This document shows positions 35,661-45,704 of a stretch of DNA of 64,000 nt, piece after piece. How positions within the stretch are numbered: position 1 is the stretch's first letter; the number at the start of each line of letters is the position of its first letter. This DNA comes from Betaproteobacteria bacterium (GTDB lineage Bacteria; Pseudomonadota; Gammaproteobacteria; Burkholderiales; SG8-39). The notes beneath the pieces were generated by a model. The model was given only the letters and a program-made list of their open reading frames with translations. It was not told the origin of the DNA and did no database searches. The stretch lies in NCBI GenBank assembly GCA_947482825.1, contig CANKMT010000008.1, positions 7,634-71,633 on the forward strand, read 5' to 3'. The translations under genes and the position numbers were made by a program.

Positions 35661-37324
35661 TCCTCGCGCCGCTCGACAGGATCGCCGACTACACCGCAAG
35701 AGGCTGGTGGGGAACGCGCCGAATTCAAGACTGGCTAGACGATGCCGTCCGCACCCGACCTGATGCGGAGGCGCTCGTCGATGCGCCGAACCGCGCCGAG
35801 TTCATCGATGGCGCGCCGATGCGGCTCACCTGGCGGCAGGTCGAAAACGAAGTGGAGCGCCTTGCGACGCGTCTGCTCGACCTTGGCCTGGGCAAGGACG
35901 ACATCGTGTGCGTCCAGTTGCCGAATTGCGTCGAGCTTCCGATCCTGTATCTCGCATGCGCAAAGCTCGGCGTCATCGTGACGCCGGTGCCGGTGCAGTA
36001 CCGCGAGCATGAGCTCGAGCACATCTTGGAGCTGACGAAGCCGCGCGTCGTCGTGACGGCGCAAAGGATCCTGCGCCACCGGCACGCGGACATGTTTCGA
36101 AGCCTTGCGCGGACGCAGCCGTCCGTGCAAGCAGTGATTGCAATTGACGAGGCGCGGGCCGTCCCGATTGACGCGGCGCGAATCGCCCTGCATGAGCGCG
36201 AGCACCCGGTGGACGCCAACGACATCTTCACCATCTGCTGGACTTCGGGCACCGAGGGCGTGCCCAAGGGCGTGCCGCGCAGCCACAACGAATGGCTCGC
36301 GATCCCCGAGAACATCATCCTGTCCGGGGGGCTCACACCGGGATGCCACCTGCTGAACGCGTTCCCTCTGGTCAATATGGCGGGCATCGCGGGGCAGTTC
36401 CTGCCGTGGCTGCTGACCGCGGCCAAGCTCGTCATGCACCATCCTTTCATCCTGTCGGTGTTTCTCGATCAGGTGCGCCGCGAACAGATCGACTACACGG
36501 TCGCGGCGCCCACGATCCTCGCCACGCTGGCCCAGAACCCGGAGCTGATGCGCGGCATCGAAGGCTCGCGGCTGCGCGCGATCGGTTCGGGGGGCGGACC
36601 GCTCGCCGAGTGGACGGTCAGGGTCTTCACCGAGCGCTACAAGATCGACGTGATCAATTATTTCGGCACCAACGAGGGCGCCTCGCTCACAGCAAGCGCG
36701 CTCGACCTGCCGGACCCGGGCTTGCGCGCGAGTTGCTTCCCGCGATTCGGCGTCGTGGGATTCGACTGGAAGCTGCCGGTGGCCAAGCGCGTTTCGACCC
36801 GTCTGGTCGATCCGGACACCGGCCTGGACATCGAGGCGCCGGGCCGGCCGGGCGAACTGCGCGCCAAAGGCCCGGCCATTTTCTCCGGCTACTACCTGTC
36901 GCCTGAAATGACCGCGCGCTCGTTCGATGAGCGCGGCTACTACTGCACCGGCGACCTTTTCGAGATCGTGGGCGAGCGCGCCGAGCTCTATCGCTTCGTC
37001 GGCCGGCTCAAGGACATCATCGTGCGCGGCGGTTTCAACATCTCTTCCGAGGAACTGGAAGCGCTGCTGCTCGCCCATCCGAAAGTGCGCGAAGCCGCGA
37101 TCGTCGGTTACCCGGACGACATGCTCGGGGAACGCGTATGCGCGGTGGTCGCAGTCAAAGACGGCATGTCACTGGATCTTGCCGAACTGGTGGCGTTCCT
37201 GCGCACGGAGAAGAAGATGGCGTCCTACAAGCTGCCGGAAAAGCTTCTTGTTCTGGAGGCATTGCCGCGCAACCCCGTTGGCAAAGTGCTCAAGCGCGAC
37301 CTTCGCGTTGCAGCGGCCGACTGA
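35657..37324 (+). CDS. AMP-dependent acyl-CoA synthetase/ligase
   Basis: No ATG is available. TTG 35657 gives a TTGA overlap with the tetR stop and the N-terminus LILAPLDRIADYTARGWWG. ANL motifs present: WTSGTEGVPKG, YCTGD, RGGFNISS, PRNPVGKVLK. Confidence 0.85.
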   Translation: MILAPLDRIADYTARGWWGTRRIQDWLDDAVRTRPDAEALVDAPNRAEFIDGAPMRLTWRQVENEVERLATRLLDLGLGKDDIVCVQLPNCVELPILYLACAKLGVIVTPVPVQYREHELEHILELTKPRVVVTAQRILRHRHADMFRSLARTQPSVQAVIAIDEARAVPIDAARIALHEREHPVDANDIFTICWTSGTEGVPKGVPRSHNEWLAIPENIILSGGLTPGCHLLNAFPLVNMAGIAGQFLPWLLTAAKLVMHHPFILSVFLDQVRREQIDYTVAAPTILATLAQNPELMRGIEGSRLRAIGSGGGPLAEWTVRVFTERYKIDVINYFGTNEGASLTASALDLPDPGLRASCFPRFGVVGFDWKLPVAKRVSTRLVDPDTGLDIEAPGRPGELRAKGPAIFSGYYLSPEMTARSFDERGYYCTGDLFEIVGERAELYRFVGRLKDIIVRGGFNISSEELEALLLAHPKVREAAIVGYPDDMLGERVCAVVAVKDGMSLDLAELVAFLRTEKKMASYKLPEKLLVLEALPRNPVGKVLKRDLRVAAAD

Positions 37325-37413
37325 CGGCAACTCAACCGCACAGCCTGCGGGCACTGGACGCCGTTAGAATCCATGGCTCAAAACCCGCCATCCCTACCCG
37401 GAAGAATCCCAAC

Positions 37414-38388
37414 ATGAAATACAAGCCCCTCGGCCGCACCGGCGTGCAAGTCTCCGAATTGTGCTTCGGCACCATGTCCTTCGGCGGCGATGCCGACGAA
37501 GCCGCATCGGCCGTCATGTACAAGGCGTGCCGCGACGCCGGCATCAACTTCTACGACTGTGCCGACCAGTACAACAAGGGCAAGGCCGAGGAGATCCTCG
37601 GCCGCCTGATGAAAGGCCACCGCGAGGACCTGGTCATCACCACCAAGTGCTACAACCAGTCGGGCGACGACATCAACGCCCGCGGCACCTCGCGCCGGCA
37701 TGTCACGCGCGCGGTCGAGGCGAGCCTGAAGCGGTTGCAGACCGATCGCGTCGACGTGCTCTTCCTGCACCAGTACGACACGCAAACGCCACTCGAGGAA
37801 TCGGTGCGCGCGCTGGAAGAACTGGTGCGCTCCGGCAAGGTGCTGTACCCCGCGCTCAGCAACTGGTCAGCCTGGCAGACGCAGCGGGCCGTCGACCTGC
37901 AGGAGCGCAACGACTGGGCGCGCGTTCAGGTGATCCAGCCGATGTACAACCTGGTGAAGCGCCAGGCCGAAGTCGAAGTGCTGCCGATGGCGGCAGCCAA
38001 CGGCATCGGCGTCATCCCCTACAGCCCGGCCGCGGCCGGCCTGCTGTCGGGCAAGTATTCGGGCGAGGCGAGCGGGCGGATCAAGACCAACAAGCAATAC
38101 ACGGCCCGGTACGGAGAGCCGTGGGTGTTCGAGGTTGCGGACAAGTTCGTGGCGCTCTGCAAACAGCGCGGCCTTCACCCGGTAAGTGCGGCCGTGGCCT
38201 GGACCGGGGCGCATCCGGCCGTCACCGCACCGATCATCGGCGCGCGCAACATCGAGCAACTTCAGGCCTCGCTCGATTCGGTCAAGATCGATATGAACAA
38301 GGCGCTGCGCGACGAATTCACCGCCCTGTCGCGCACCCCGCCGCCGGCCACGGACCGGCTCGAAGAGCAGACGATGCCTCGGGCGTAG
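37414..38388 (+). CDS. aldo/keto reductase
   Basis: MKYKPLGRTGVQVSELCFGTMSFGG, DCADQYNKGKAEEILG; Asp-Tyr-Lys-His tetrad region. Confidence 0.9.
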   Translation: MKYKPLGRTGVQVSELCFGTMSFGGDADEAASAVMYKACRDAGINFYDCADQYNKGKAEEILGRLMKGHREDLVITTKCYNQSGDDINARGTSRRHVTRAVEASLKRLQTDRVDVLFLHQYDTQTPLEESVRALEELVRSGKVLYPALSNWSAWQTQRAVDLQERNDWARVQVIQPMYNLVKRQAEVEVLPMAAANGIGVIPYSPAAAGLLSGKYSGEASGRIKTNKQYTARYGEPWVFEVADKFVALCKQRGLHPVSAAVAWTGAHPAVTAPIIGARNIEQLQASLDSVKIDMNKALRDEFTALSRTPPPATDRLEEQTMPRA

Positions 38389-38394
38389 TGACAA

Positions 38395-38414
38395 CGCGGG
38401 CCGCCGGGCCCGCG
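38395..38414 (+). terminator. GC-rich hairpin after the AKR gene (weak intrinsic-terminator candidate)
   Basis: CGCGGGCC-GCCG-GGCCCGCG is an 8-bp stem, but only a short CTT follows rather than a U-tract. Confidence 0.25.
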
Positions 38415-38415
38415 C

Positions 38416-38444
38416 TTGCAAAATAGCACGATCGGTCGTATCTT
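38416..38444 (+). promoter_or_regulatory. sigma70-like promoter candidate for the thiolase-NMO-hydrolase genes
   Basis: TTGCAA-N17-TATCTT, about 50 nt upstream of ATG 38493. Confidence 0.3.
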
Positions 38445-38492
38445 CGCTGCCGGCTTCGATGCACCGCGCATCGGCACGTCACGGGGGCAGGC

Positions 38493-39731
38493 ATGGCAAC
38501 GCCGAAGGTCTATGTGCTCGGAGGGTTCCAGACCGATTTCGCGAAGAACTGGTCGCGCAGCGGCGAAGACATTTCCACTATCGTTCGTGATGCGACGCTC
38601 GGTGCAATGGCGGCGTGCGACATGCAGCCCAACGAGATCGACACCATCCACGTCGGCAACGCATTCGGCGAACTGCACCGCAACCAGGCGCATCTCGGCG
38701 CGATGGTCGCTTCGACGATTCCCGAATTCTACGGCACGCCGGCTTCGCGGCATGAGGCTGCCTGCGCCTCTTCCAGCATCGCAGTGCTTGCGGCGATGGC
38801 CGAGATCGAGGCCGGGCGCTACGCCTCGGCGTTGGTGCTCGGGGCCGAAGAAGAACGCAACGTGCATGGCGACCAGGCGGCAAAAAACCAGGCCGCAGCG
38901 GCGTGGGTCGGCCACGAAGGCGAGAATGCGAAGTTCATGTGGCCGCACATGTTCAGCACGCTGGGCGACGAGTACGACCGCCGCTTCGGCCTCAAGTACG
39001 AGCACCTCGGGCGGATTGCCGAAATCAACCTCGGCAACGCCAAGCGCAATCCCAATTCGCAGACCCGCGCCTGGAAATTCACCGACGCGAGCTTTCGCGA
39101 GGACGAAGAAGCCAATCCGGTGATCGAGGGCCGGATCCGCCGCCAGGATTGCGGGCAGATCACCGACGGCGGCGCGGCGGTGATCCTGGCTTCGGCTGAG
39201 TTCGCGGCTGCTTACGCCAAGCGCCGCGGCGGGACGCTCGAGCAACTCCCCTACATCGCCGGCTGGGGTCACCGCACAGCGAGCCTGTTGATGAGCGAAA
39301 AGCTCGAGCGCAGCCGTGGCCAACCCTATGTGCTGCCGCACGTCCGCGAGGCGATCGCGGCGGCATGGAAGCGCGCCGGGATCGCCGGGCACGAATCGCT
39401 GGACGGGATCGAGACGCACGACTGCTTCACGACCACCGAGTACATGGCGATCGACCATTTCGGCCTCACCGCGCCGGGCGAGTCGTGGAAGGCCATCGAG
39501 TCCGGCGCCATCGCGCATGACGGCAAGCTGCCGATCAATCCGAGCGGCGGCCTGATCGGCACCGGGCACCCGGTGGGGGCGACCGGCGCGCGTATGCTGC
39601 TCGACGCCGCGAAACAGGTCACCGGCACGGCGGGCAGCTACCAGGTCGAAGGTGCGAAAACATTTCAGACGCTGAACATCGGCGGCAGCTGCACCACGGT
39701 CGTCAGTTTCGTGGTCACGCGCGAGGGCTGA
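38493..39731 (+). CDS. thiolase (SCP-x type acetyl-CoA acyltransferase), catalytic Cys retained
   Basis: RHEAACASSS (nucleophile Cys), ETHDCF, GHPVGATG. Confidence 0.88.
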   Translation: MATPKVYVLGGFQTDFAKNWSRSGEDISTIVRDATLGAMAACDMQPNEIDTIHVGNAFGELHRNQAHLGAMVASTIPEFYGTPASRHEAACASSSIAVLAAMAEIEAGRYASALVLGAEEERNVHGDQAAKNQAAAAWVGHEGENAKFMWPHMFSTLGDEYDRRFGLKYEHLGRIAEINLGNAKRNPNSQTRAWKFTDASFREDEEANPVIEGRIRRQDCGQITDGGAAVILASAEFAAAYAKRRGGTLEQLPYIAGWGHRTASLLMSEKLERSRGQPYVLPHVREAIAAAWKRAGIAGHESLDGIETHDCFTTTEYMAIDHFGLTAPGESWKAIESGAIAHDGKLPINPSGGLIGTGHPVGATGARMLLDAAKQVTGTAGSYQVEGAKTFQTLNIGGSCTTVVSFVVTREG

Positions 39732-40675
39732 TGGGAACGCGCAAGAACTTCCCTTACCCGGTCACGCTGCCGCTGATCGCAGCGCCGATGTTCCTCATTT
39801 CCGGGCCGGACCTGGTGCTCGCGGCCTGCCGCGAGGGCGTGATCGGCGCTTTCCCGACCTCGAATTGCCGCACTTGCGAGGCTCTCGAGGACTGGCTGCA
39901 GAAGATCGCCGCGGGGGTCGAGAAGCTCAAGGCGGAAAATCCCGCCCGCACGATCGGCCCCTGGGCAGCCACCGTCGTTACGCATCGAACCAACGACCGG
40001 TTCGAGGCCGACCTCGATCTTTGCATCAAGTATCGCGCGCCGATCGTCATCACCGCGCTCGGCAGCCCGGCGCGCGTCGTGGACAAGGTGCACGCCTATG
40101 GCGGCGTGGTGTTCGCCGACGTCAACAGCGTCAAGCTCGCGAAGAAGGCCGCCGACTGCGGCGTGGATGGTCTCGTCCTGGTGTCCTCGGGCGCCGGCGG
40201 GCACACAGGCGAGATGGCGGGCTTTTCCTTCGTGCCGGCGGTTCGCCAATGGTGGGACGGGTTCATCGTCTATGCGGGCGGCGTGTGCAATGGCAATGGC
40301 ATCCGCGCGGCCGAAGTGCTCGGCGCGGACTTCGCCTACGCGGGCACACTTTTCATCGCAACCGAGGAAAGCCTGGCCGATGACGCCTACAAGAAACTCC
40401 TCGTCGATTACGGCCCGGAGGATCTCGTCGTCACCAAGGCATTCACAGGCGCGAATGCGAGCATGCTGCGTCCGACCATCGTCGCGGCGGGACTCGACCC
40501 CGACACTTTGCCGCCGCGCAAGGACATGGAGTTCCGCGGGCAGAACAGCGACAGCAAGCCGTGGAAGAACATCCGCTCGGCCGGCCAGGGCATCGGCATG
40601 ATCGACCGGGTCAAGAGCGCGGCCACGCTGATCGGCGAACTGCGCGCTCAGTACGCCGCGGCATCCGGCATCTGA
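39731..40675 (+). CDS. nitronate monooxygenase / FabK-like FMN oxidoreductase (NMO family)
   Basis: PLIAAPMFLISGPDLV, SSGAGGHTG. TGATG junction with the thiolase gene. Confidence 0.85.
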   Translation: MGTRKNFPYPVTLPLIAAPMFLISGPDLVLAACREGVIGAFPTSNCRTCEALEDWLQKIAAGVEKLKAENPARTIGPWAATVVTHRTNDRFEADLDLCIKYRAPIVITALGSPARVVDKVHAYGGVVFADVNSVKLAKKAADCGVDGLVLVSSGAGGHTGEMAGFSFVPAVRQWWDGFIVYAGGVCNGNGIRAAEVLGADFAYAGTLFIATEESLADDAYKKLLVDYGPEDLVVTKAFTGANASMLRPTIVAAGLDPDTLPPRKDMEFRGQNSDSKPWKNIRSAGQGIGMIDRVKSAATLIGELRAQYAAASGI

Positions 40676-40682
40676 AGACTTT

Positions 40683-41372
40683 ATGGCTCCTCTCCTGCTG
40701 CTGCCCGGGCTGTCCAGCACCCCCGAACTCTGGGATGCGGTCCGCGCCGCCCTGCCCGTAGGCATCTCGGCGCGGGCCCTCGAGAATGCAGCCCTCGAGG
40801 ACATCGATGCGATTGCCGCCGAAATCCTTGCAGCCGCTCCGCCCCGATTCGCGCTCGCAGGGTTCTCGTTCGGCGGCTACGTGGCTCTTGCGATTGCGGC
40901 GAAGGCGGCCGATCGCATCGAGCGCCTCGCGCTGATCGCCACGGGATCCAACGCGGATTCGCCCGAGACCGCGGCCGGCCGCAAGCGGCTGATCGAAATT
41001 GCGCAGTCGGACTATGGCTCGATCGACGGCCGGATGACGAAATTCCTGCTGCACCCGGACCGTATCGAAGATGCCGCAATCCACGAAAAGCGCGTCCGCA
41101 TGTCTCGCGACTACGGTGTAGCGCGCTTCGTTGCGCAACAGCGCGCAGCCATGGGCCGCCCGGCGCGCGACGCGGTCCTGGCTTCGATCCGAGTGCCGAC
41201 CCTGATCGCCGTCGGCCGTGAAGACCGCATCACGCCCCTCGCCCAGCACGAAGAGATGGCGCGCCGGGTCCCCGCAGCCGACCTCGTGGTGTTCGAGCGT
41301 TGCGGGCATCTGGTCCCGCTCGAAGCACCGCGGGAACTGGCACAAGCGCTCGAAAAATGGATGGTGCAGTGA
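40683..41372 (+). CDS. alpha/beta hydrolase
   Basis: Nucleophile elbow GFSFGG and C-terminal CGHLVPLE His motif. Confidence 0.85.
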   Translation: MAPLLLLPGLSSTPELWDAVRAALPVGISARALENAALEDIDAIAAEILAAAPPRFALAGFSFGGYVALAIAAKAADRIERLALIATGSNADSPETAAGRKRLIEIAQSDYGSIDGRMTKFLLHPDRIEDAAIHEKRVRMSRDYGVARFVAQQRAAMGRPARDAVLASIRVPTLIAVGREDRITPLAQHEEMARRVPAADLVVFERCGHLVPLEAPRELAQALEKWMVQ

Positions 41373-41407
41373 TACCAAAAACAGCAGGGACAACAAGGAG
41401 GAATGCA

Positions 41408-42394
41408 ATGACCCACGGAGGATCCCGATTGGCGCGGAATTTCGGGCTGGCGGCCGGATTGCTCGCAGCGCTCGCGACGGCGCCGCTTTCGGCGCAGGAG
41501 TTTCCCAACAAGCCGATCCGCATGATCTCGCCTTTCCCGGCCGGCAACGTGAACGAGATGGTCGTGCGCACCGTCGGCGACCGTCTCAAGGAAACGACTG
41601 GGCAGCCCTTCGTCTACGACTACAAGCCCGGCGGCGCGGGCGTGATCGCAGCGCAGGCGCTGATGGCCTCGCCGCCCGATGGCTACACGGTGCTGCTCTG
41701 CACTTCGGGCATGACATCGATCAACCCGCATGCCTTCGCCAGGCTGCCCTACGACCCGGCAAAGGACTTCACACCGATCACCGCGGCGATCCGCACGCAA
41801 CTGGTGTTTGCGGCGCACCCGGCCACCCCGGGCGGCACGCTGGCCGAGTTCATCGCCTACGCCAAGGCGAATCCGGGCAAGACCAACTTCGCTTCGTTCA
41901 CCCCGGGCAACCCCTCGCATTTCGCCGGCGTGATCCTTAACCAGCTGGCCGGCATCGACATGCTGCATGTCGCTTACAAGGGCACGCCGCCTGCGGTGCA
42001 GGATCTTCTCGGCGGGCAGGTGATGACGGCCTTCGTGCCGATCATCTCCGCCAAGCCGCACGTCGAAGCAGGCAAGCTCAAGGCCTATGCTTTGAGCGGG
42101 GCGCGCTCCCCGTTGATGCCGAACCTGCCGACCTTCAAGGAACTCGGCTACCCGCAGATGGAGATCTACGCCTGGACAGGGTTCCTCGCGCCGGCCGGCA
42201 CGCCACCGGCCATCGTGCAGAAACTCAATCGCGAATTCACGGCCGCGCTGCGGCAACCCGACGCGCAGGCCAGGATGCGCGCCATCGACCTCGAGCCGAT
42301 ACCGAATTCGCCCGAGGAATTCGCCGCGATGATGAAGGCCGACACCGAGCGCTGGCGCGACACGGTGAAGGCTTCGGGGTTCAAGGCCGACTAA
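41408..42394 (+). CDS. TTT substrate-binding protein, Bug/TctC family
   Basis: ATG 41408 preceded by AAGGAGG. Signal peptide, then QEFPNKPIRMISPFPAG. Confidence 0.9.
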   Translation: MTHGGSRLARNFGLAAGLLAALATAPLSAQEFPNKPIRMISPFPAGNVNEMVVRTVGDRLKETTGQPFVYDYKPGGAGVIAAQALMASPPDGYTVLLCTSGMTSINPHAFARLPYDPAKDFTPITAAIRTQLVFAAHPATPGGTLAEFIAYAKANPGKTNFASFTPGNPSHFAGVILNQLAGIDMLHVAYKGTPPAVQDLLGGQVMTAFVPIISAKPHVEAGKLKAYALSGARSPLMPNLPTFKELGYPQMEIYAWTGFLAPAGTPPAIVQKLNREFTAALRQPDAQARMRAIDLEPIPNSPEEFAAMMKADTERWRDTVKASGFKAD

Positions 42395-42425
42395 CTGCAC
42401 CGACTGATTTTCGAAGGAGAACGTC

Positions 42426-43880
42426 ATGAAACTTGCGGACCTGCCGGTTCACGACATCCCGGGCCTCAACGGGCCGAACGCGCCGGTCGAAAATGAGATC
42501 GTCGCCACCGACCTCGAAGTGATCGGCGAGATGCCCAAGGATCTCAACGGCATCCACGTCAGGAACGGGCCGAACCCGTGGTTCCCGCCCGACTGGCGCT
42601 ATCACGTGTACGACGGCGACGGCATGCTGCACGCCGCGTACTTCGACCACGGCAAGGTCAGCTACCGCAACCGCTGGATCCGCACCACCAGCCTGGCCGA
42701 GGAGATCGAGGCCGGCCACCCGCTTTGGCGCGGCCTCAAGGAGCCGCCGCGGCGCGACCGCCCGGACGAGCCGCAGAAGAACAACTCGAACACCGACGTG
42801 AAATTCCACGCCGGCAAGCTGCTCACGATGTTCTACCTGACCGGCAAACCCTACCATCTCGACATCAACACGCTGGAGACGATCGGCAAGGCCGACTACG
42901 ACGGGGCGTTTGACAAGATCTCCGCGCACTCGCGTCCCGACGAGAACACCGGCGAGCTGCTCTTCTTCGACTACGACAAGCAACCGCCGTATATGACTTA
43001 CGGCGTCATCGGCGCAGACGGCAGGCTCAAGCACAAGATCGATATCGACCTGCCTGGCCCCCGGTTGCCGCACGACATGGCGATCACCGAGCACTACACG
43101 ATCCTGCACGACTTCCCCCTGCATCCGGACCCCGAAGCACTCAAGGCCGGGCGCCACAAGCTGGTGTTCCACCCGGAGATCCCCTCGCGCTTCGGCATCG
43201 TGCCGCGCTACGGCAAGGCTACGGATCTCCGCTGGTTCGAGGCGAGCCCGGGCTATATGCTGCACGCGGTCAATGCATGGGAGGAACAGGGTGAAAACGG
43301 CGTCGAGATCGTCATGATCGGCACGCCCTACCGCATCCACCAGACCGAAGAGGGCAAGCCGGATGTGCAGCGCCTCATCAAGACGATCCGCAACCGGCGG
43401 CGCGATTTCCTGCTGAAGGAGTGGCGGTTCGACCTGAGCACCGGCAAGACGAAGGAGCGCGTGATCGACGACGTGCTCAACACCGAGTTCCCGGTCATCA
43501 ACACGGCGTACCAGGGCAGGAAGAACCGCTGGACCTACAACATCATCTTCCCGCAGGGCGGCAACGAAGAGCCGCGCTTCACCGGGCTGGTGAAGTACGA
43601 CCTGGAAACGGGCGGCTACCAGGCCTGGAGCGAAGGACCGGACTTCTACTACAACGAGCCCGGCTTTGCGCCCGCCGACAACCCGAAGTCGGAGGACGAC
43701 GGGTACCTCGTCACCTTCGTGTGGAATCCGCGCGAAGTGCGCTCCGAGATCCAGGTTTTCAACTGCCGTGGCACCGAGTTCGGACGCGGGCCGGTCGCGC
43801 GCGTGCTGCTGCCCCAGCGCGTGCCGAACGGGTTTCACGCGACTTATGTGAGCGCCGCGCGACTGAAAAGCGGAAAATAA
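42426..43880 (+). CDS. carotenoid cleavage oxygenase family (lignostilbene-alpha,beta-dioxygenase-like)
   Basis: 484 aa. RPE65/CCO pattern (NGPNPWF, HDMAITEHY, FHAT at the C-terminus), consistent with a four-His iron site. GAAGGAGA Shine-Dalgarno. Confidence 0.88.
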   Translation: MKLADLPVHDIPGLNGPNAPVENEIVATDLEVIGEMPKDLNGIHVRNGPNPWFPPDWRYHVYDGDGMLHAAYFDHGKVSYRNRWIRTTSLAEEIEAGHPLWRGLKEPPRRDRPDEPQKNNSNTDVKFHAGKLLTMFYLTGKPYHLDINTLETIGKADYDGAFDKISAHSRPDENTGELLFFDYDKQPPYMTYGVIGADGRLKHKIDIDLPGPRLPHDMAITEHYTILHDFPLHPDPEALKAGRHKLVFHPEIPSRFGIVPRYGKATDLRWFEASPGYMLHAVNAWEEQGENGVEIVMIGTPYRIHQTEEGKPDVQRLIKTIRNRRRDFLLKEWRFDLSTGKTKERVIDDVLNTEFPVINTAYQGRKNRWTYNIIFPQGGNEEPRFTGLVKYDLETGGYQAWSEGPDFYYNEPGFAPADNPKSEDDGYLVTFVWNPREVRSEIQVFNCRGTEFGRGPVARVLLPQRVPNGFHATYVSAARLKSGK

Positions 43881-43971
43881 GCGTCGACCTTCCCCAGGGA
43901 CCCACCTGAACGCGCGCCAAGCCCCGGACCTGCCGACACGCCTGCTCGAATGGCTGGTCCTTGCCGCAGGG

Positions 43972-44391
43972 GTGCTGCTGTTCGGCATGATGCTGCTCAC
44001 CACGCTCGACGTGGTCGGCCGCTACTTCTTCAACCTGCCTCTTAAAGGCTCGGCGGAAGCGACCGAACTCCTGTTGGCGGTGATCGTGTTCGCCGGCATC
44101 CCGGCGGCTGCGGTGCGCGGCGAGCATATCTCGATCGACCTCCTCGAACACGTCCTTAGCGCGCGTGCCCGGCGAATCCAGGCGATTCTCGGCGGCGGCT
44201 TTGCGGCCCTTGTAATGGCCGTTGTCGCCTGGCGCCTGTGGCTGCGGGCGATGGAACTCGCCGGCTATGACGAGCGCTCTTCGCACCTGAACGTGCCGCT
44301 GGCCTGGCTCGCGGGGTTACTTGCCTGCTGCGCGGTTCTGAGCGTCGTCGGTTTCCTTTGGCGCGCCTGGCTCAGCCTGCGCCGCGACTGA
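43972..44391 (+). CDS. dctQ: TRAP transporter small permease (DctQ family); N-terminus uncertain
   Basis: The GTG at 43972 gives 139 aa, which is short for DctQ. The in-frame open region extends back to 43867 with CTG codons at 43906 and 43930, so the true start may lie upstream. Confidence 0.75.
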   Translation: MLLFGMMLLTTLDVVGRYFFNLPLKGSAEATELLLAVIVFAGIPAAAVRGEHISIDLLEHVLSARARRIQAILGGGFAALVMAVVAWRLWLRAMELAGYDERSSHLNVPLAWLAGLLACCAVLSVVGFLWRAWLSLRRD

Positions 44392-44398
44392 AGCGCCT

Positions 44399-45691
44399 GT
44401 GTTCGCCGGCATCCTCGGATTTCTTGCGCTGATCGGCATCTCGCTGGCCGGTGCGCCCATGGCCTTTGCCATGCTGGCGATCGGGCTGGTGGGCTTCGCG
44501 GTGTTCAAGGACCTGAACGCCGCGCTCTACATGGCGGGGCAGATCGCCTACGAAACCGCGCAGAACTACGGCTTGTCGGTGGTGCCGATGTTCGTGTTGA
44601 TGGGCAACCTCATCAACCATTCGCGCCTGTCCAAGGAGCTCTACGACGCCGCCAACGCTTTCCTCGGCCACCGGCGCGGCGGCCTGGCGATGGCGACGAT
44701 CGCGGCCTGCGGCGGGTTCGCCGCCGTCTGCGGATCGAGCGTCGCGACTGCGGCCACGTTGGGAAAGGTGGCCATCCCGGAGATGCGCCGGTACGGGTAC
44801 GCAGATACGCTGGCGGCAGGCTCGGTGGCCGCCGGCGGCACGCTCGGCATCCTGATACCGCCGTCGGTCGTGATGGTGATCTACGGCATCCTCACCTCGA
44901 CCGATATCGGCAAGCTGTTCGCCGCCGGGATTCTTCCCGGGATCCTGGGCATCCTGCTCTACATGGCGGCGGTGCGCTGGGTCGTCTGGCGCGATCCGGC
45001 CGCGGGTCCGCCGGGGCCGCTCACCGCATGGCCCGCCAGATGGATCGCTCTGCGCAACGTATGGGCCGTGGCCGGCCTGTTCCTCATGGTGATCGGCGGC
45101 ATCTATGCCGGTATCTTCACGCCGACCGAAGCCGCCGGCATCGGCGCCTTCGGGGCGTTCGTGATCGCTCTGATGCGCGGCACGCTCAGCGTGCCAGTCA
45201 TGCTGCAGGTGTTGTCGGAGACCGTGCGCACGACGGCGGTGCTCTTCATGGTGCTGATCGGCGGGCTGGTGTTCTCGAATTTCGTCAACATCGCGGGCAT
45301 GCCGGCGGCCATTTCCGCCTGGGTCGGCGGCCTCGATGTGCCGCCGGCCGCGATTCTCGTCACCATCATCTGCATCTATGTGCTGCTCGGTTGCGTGCTC
45401 GAGAGCATGACCATGATCCTGCTGACCATCCCGGTGTTCTTTCCCATCGTGCAGCAGCTGGGCTACGATCCGGTCTGGTTCGGCATCATCGTGGTGGTGG
45501 TGACCGAAGTCAGCCTGATCACGCCGCCGGTGGGGCTGAATGTTTTTGTGATCAGCGGAATGTTCCGGGACATCGGCACTGCCAACGTGTTTCGAGGCAT
45601 CGCCCCGTTCATCGTTGCCGATATCGTCAGAATCGCCATCCTCGTGATGGTGCCGTGGATCGTTCTGGTTTTGCCTTCGATGATGCGTTGA
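44399..45691 (+). CDS. dctM: TRAP transporter large permease (DctM family)
   Basis: 430 aa with a GTG start. DctM motifs present (VPMFVLMGNL, CGSSVATAAT). Confidence 0.92.
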   Translation: MFAGILGFLALIGISLAGAPMAFAMLAIGLVGFAVFKDLNAALYMAGQIAYETAQNYGLSVVPMFVLMGNLINHSRLSKELYDAANAFLGHRRGGLAMATIAACGGFAAVCGSSVATAATLGKVAIPEMRRYGYADTLAAGSVAAGGTLGILIPPSVVMVIYGILTSTDIGKLFAAGILPGILGILLYMAAVRWVVWRDPAAGPPGPLTAWPARWIALRNVWAVAGLFLMVIGGIYAGIFTPTEAAGIGAFGAFVIALMRGTLSVPVMLQVLSETVRTTAVLFMVLIGGLVFSNFVNIAGMPAAISAWVGGLDVPPAAILVTIICIYVLLGCVLESMTMILLTIPVFFPIVQQLGYDPVWFGIIVVVVTEVSLITPPVGLNVFVISGMFRDIGTANVFRGIAPFIVADIVRIAILVMVPWIVLVLPSMMR

Positions 45692-45704
45692 CAGGAGAAT
45701 CGTG

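Noticed and set aside
34985-37324. 779-aa ORF suggesting a TetR-ligase fusion
   Set aside because: The first 224 codons are an alternative frame across the NIPSNAP and TetR genes with an R/P-rich translation. ANL-ligase homology begins only after the TTG at 35657.
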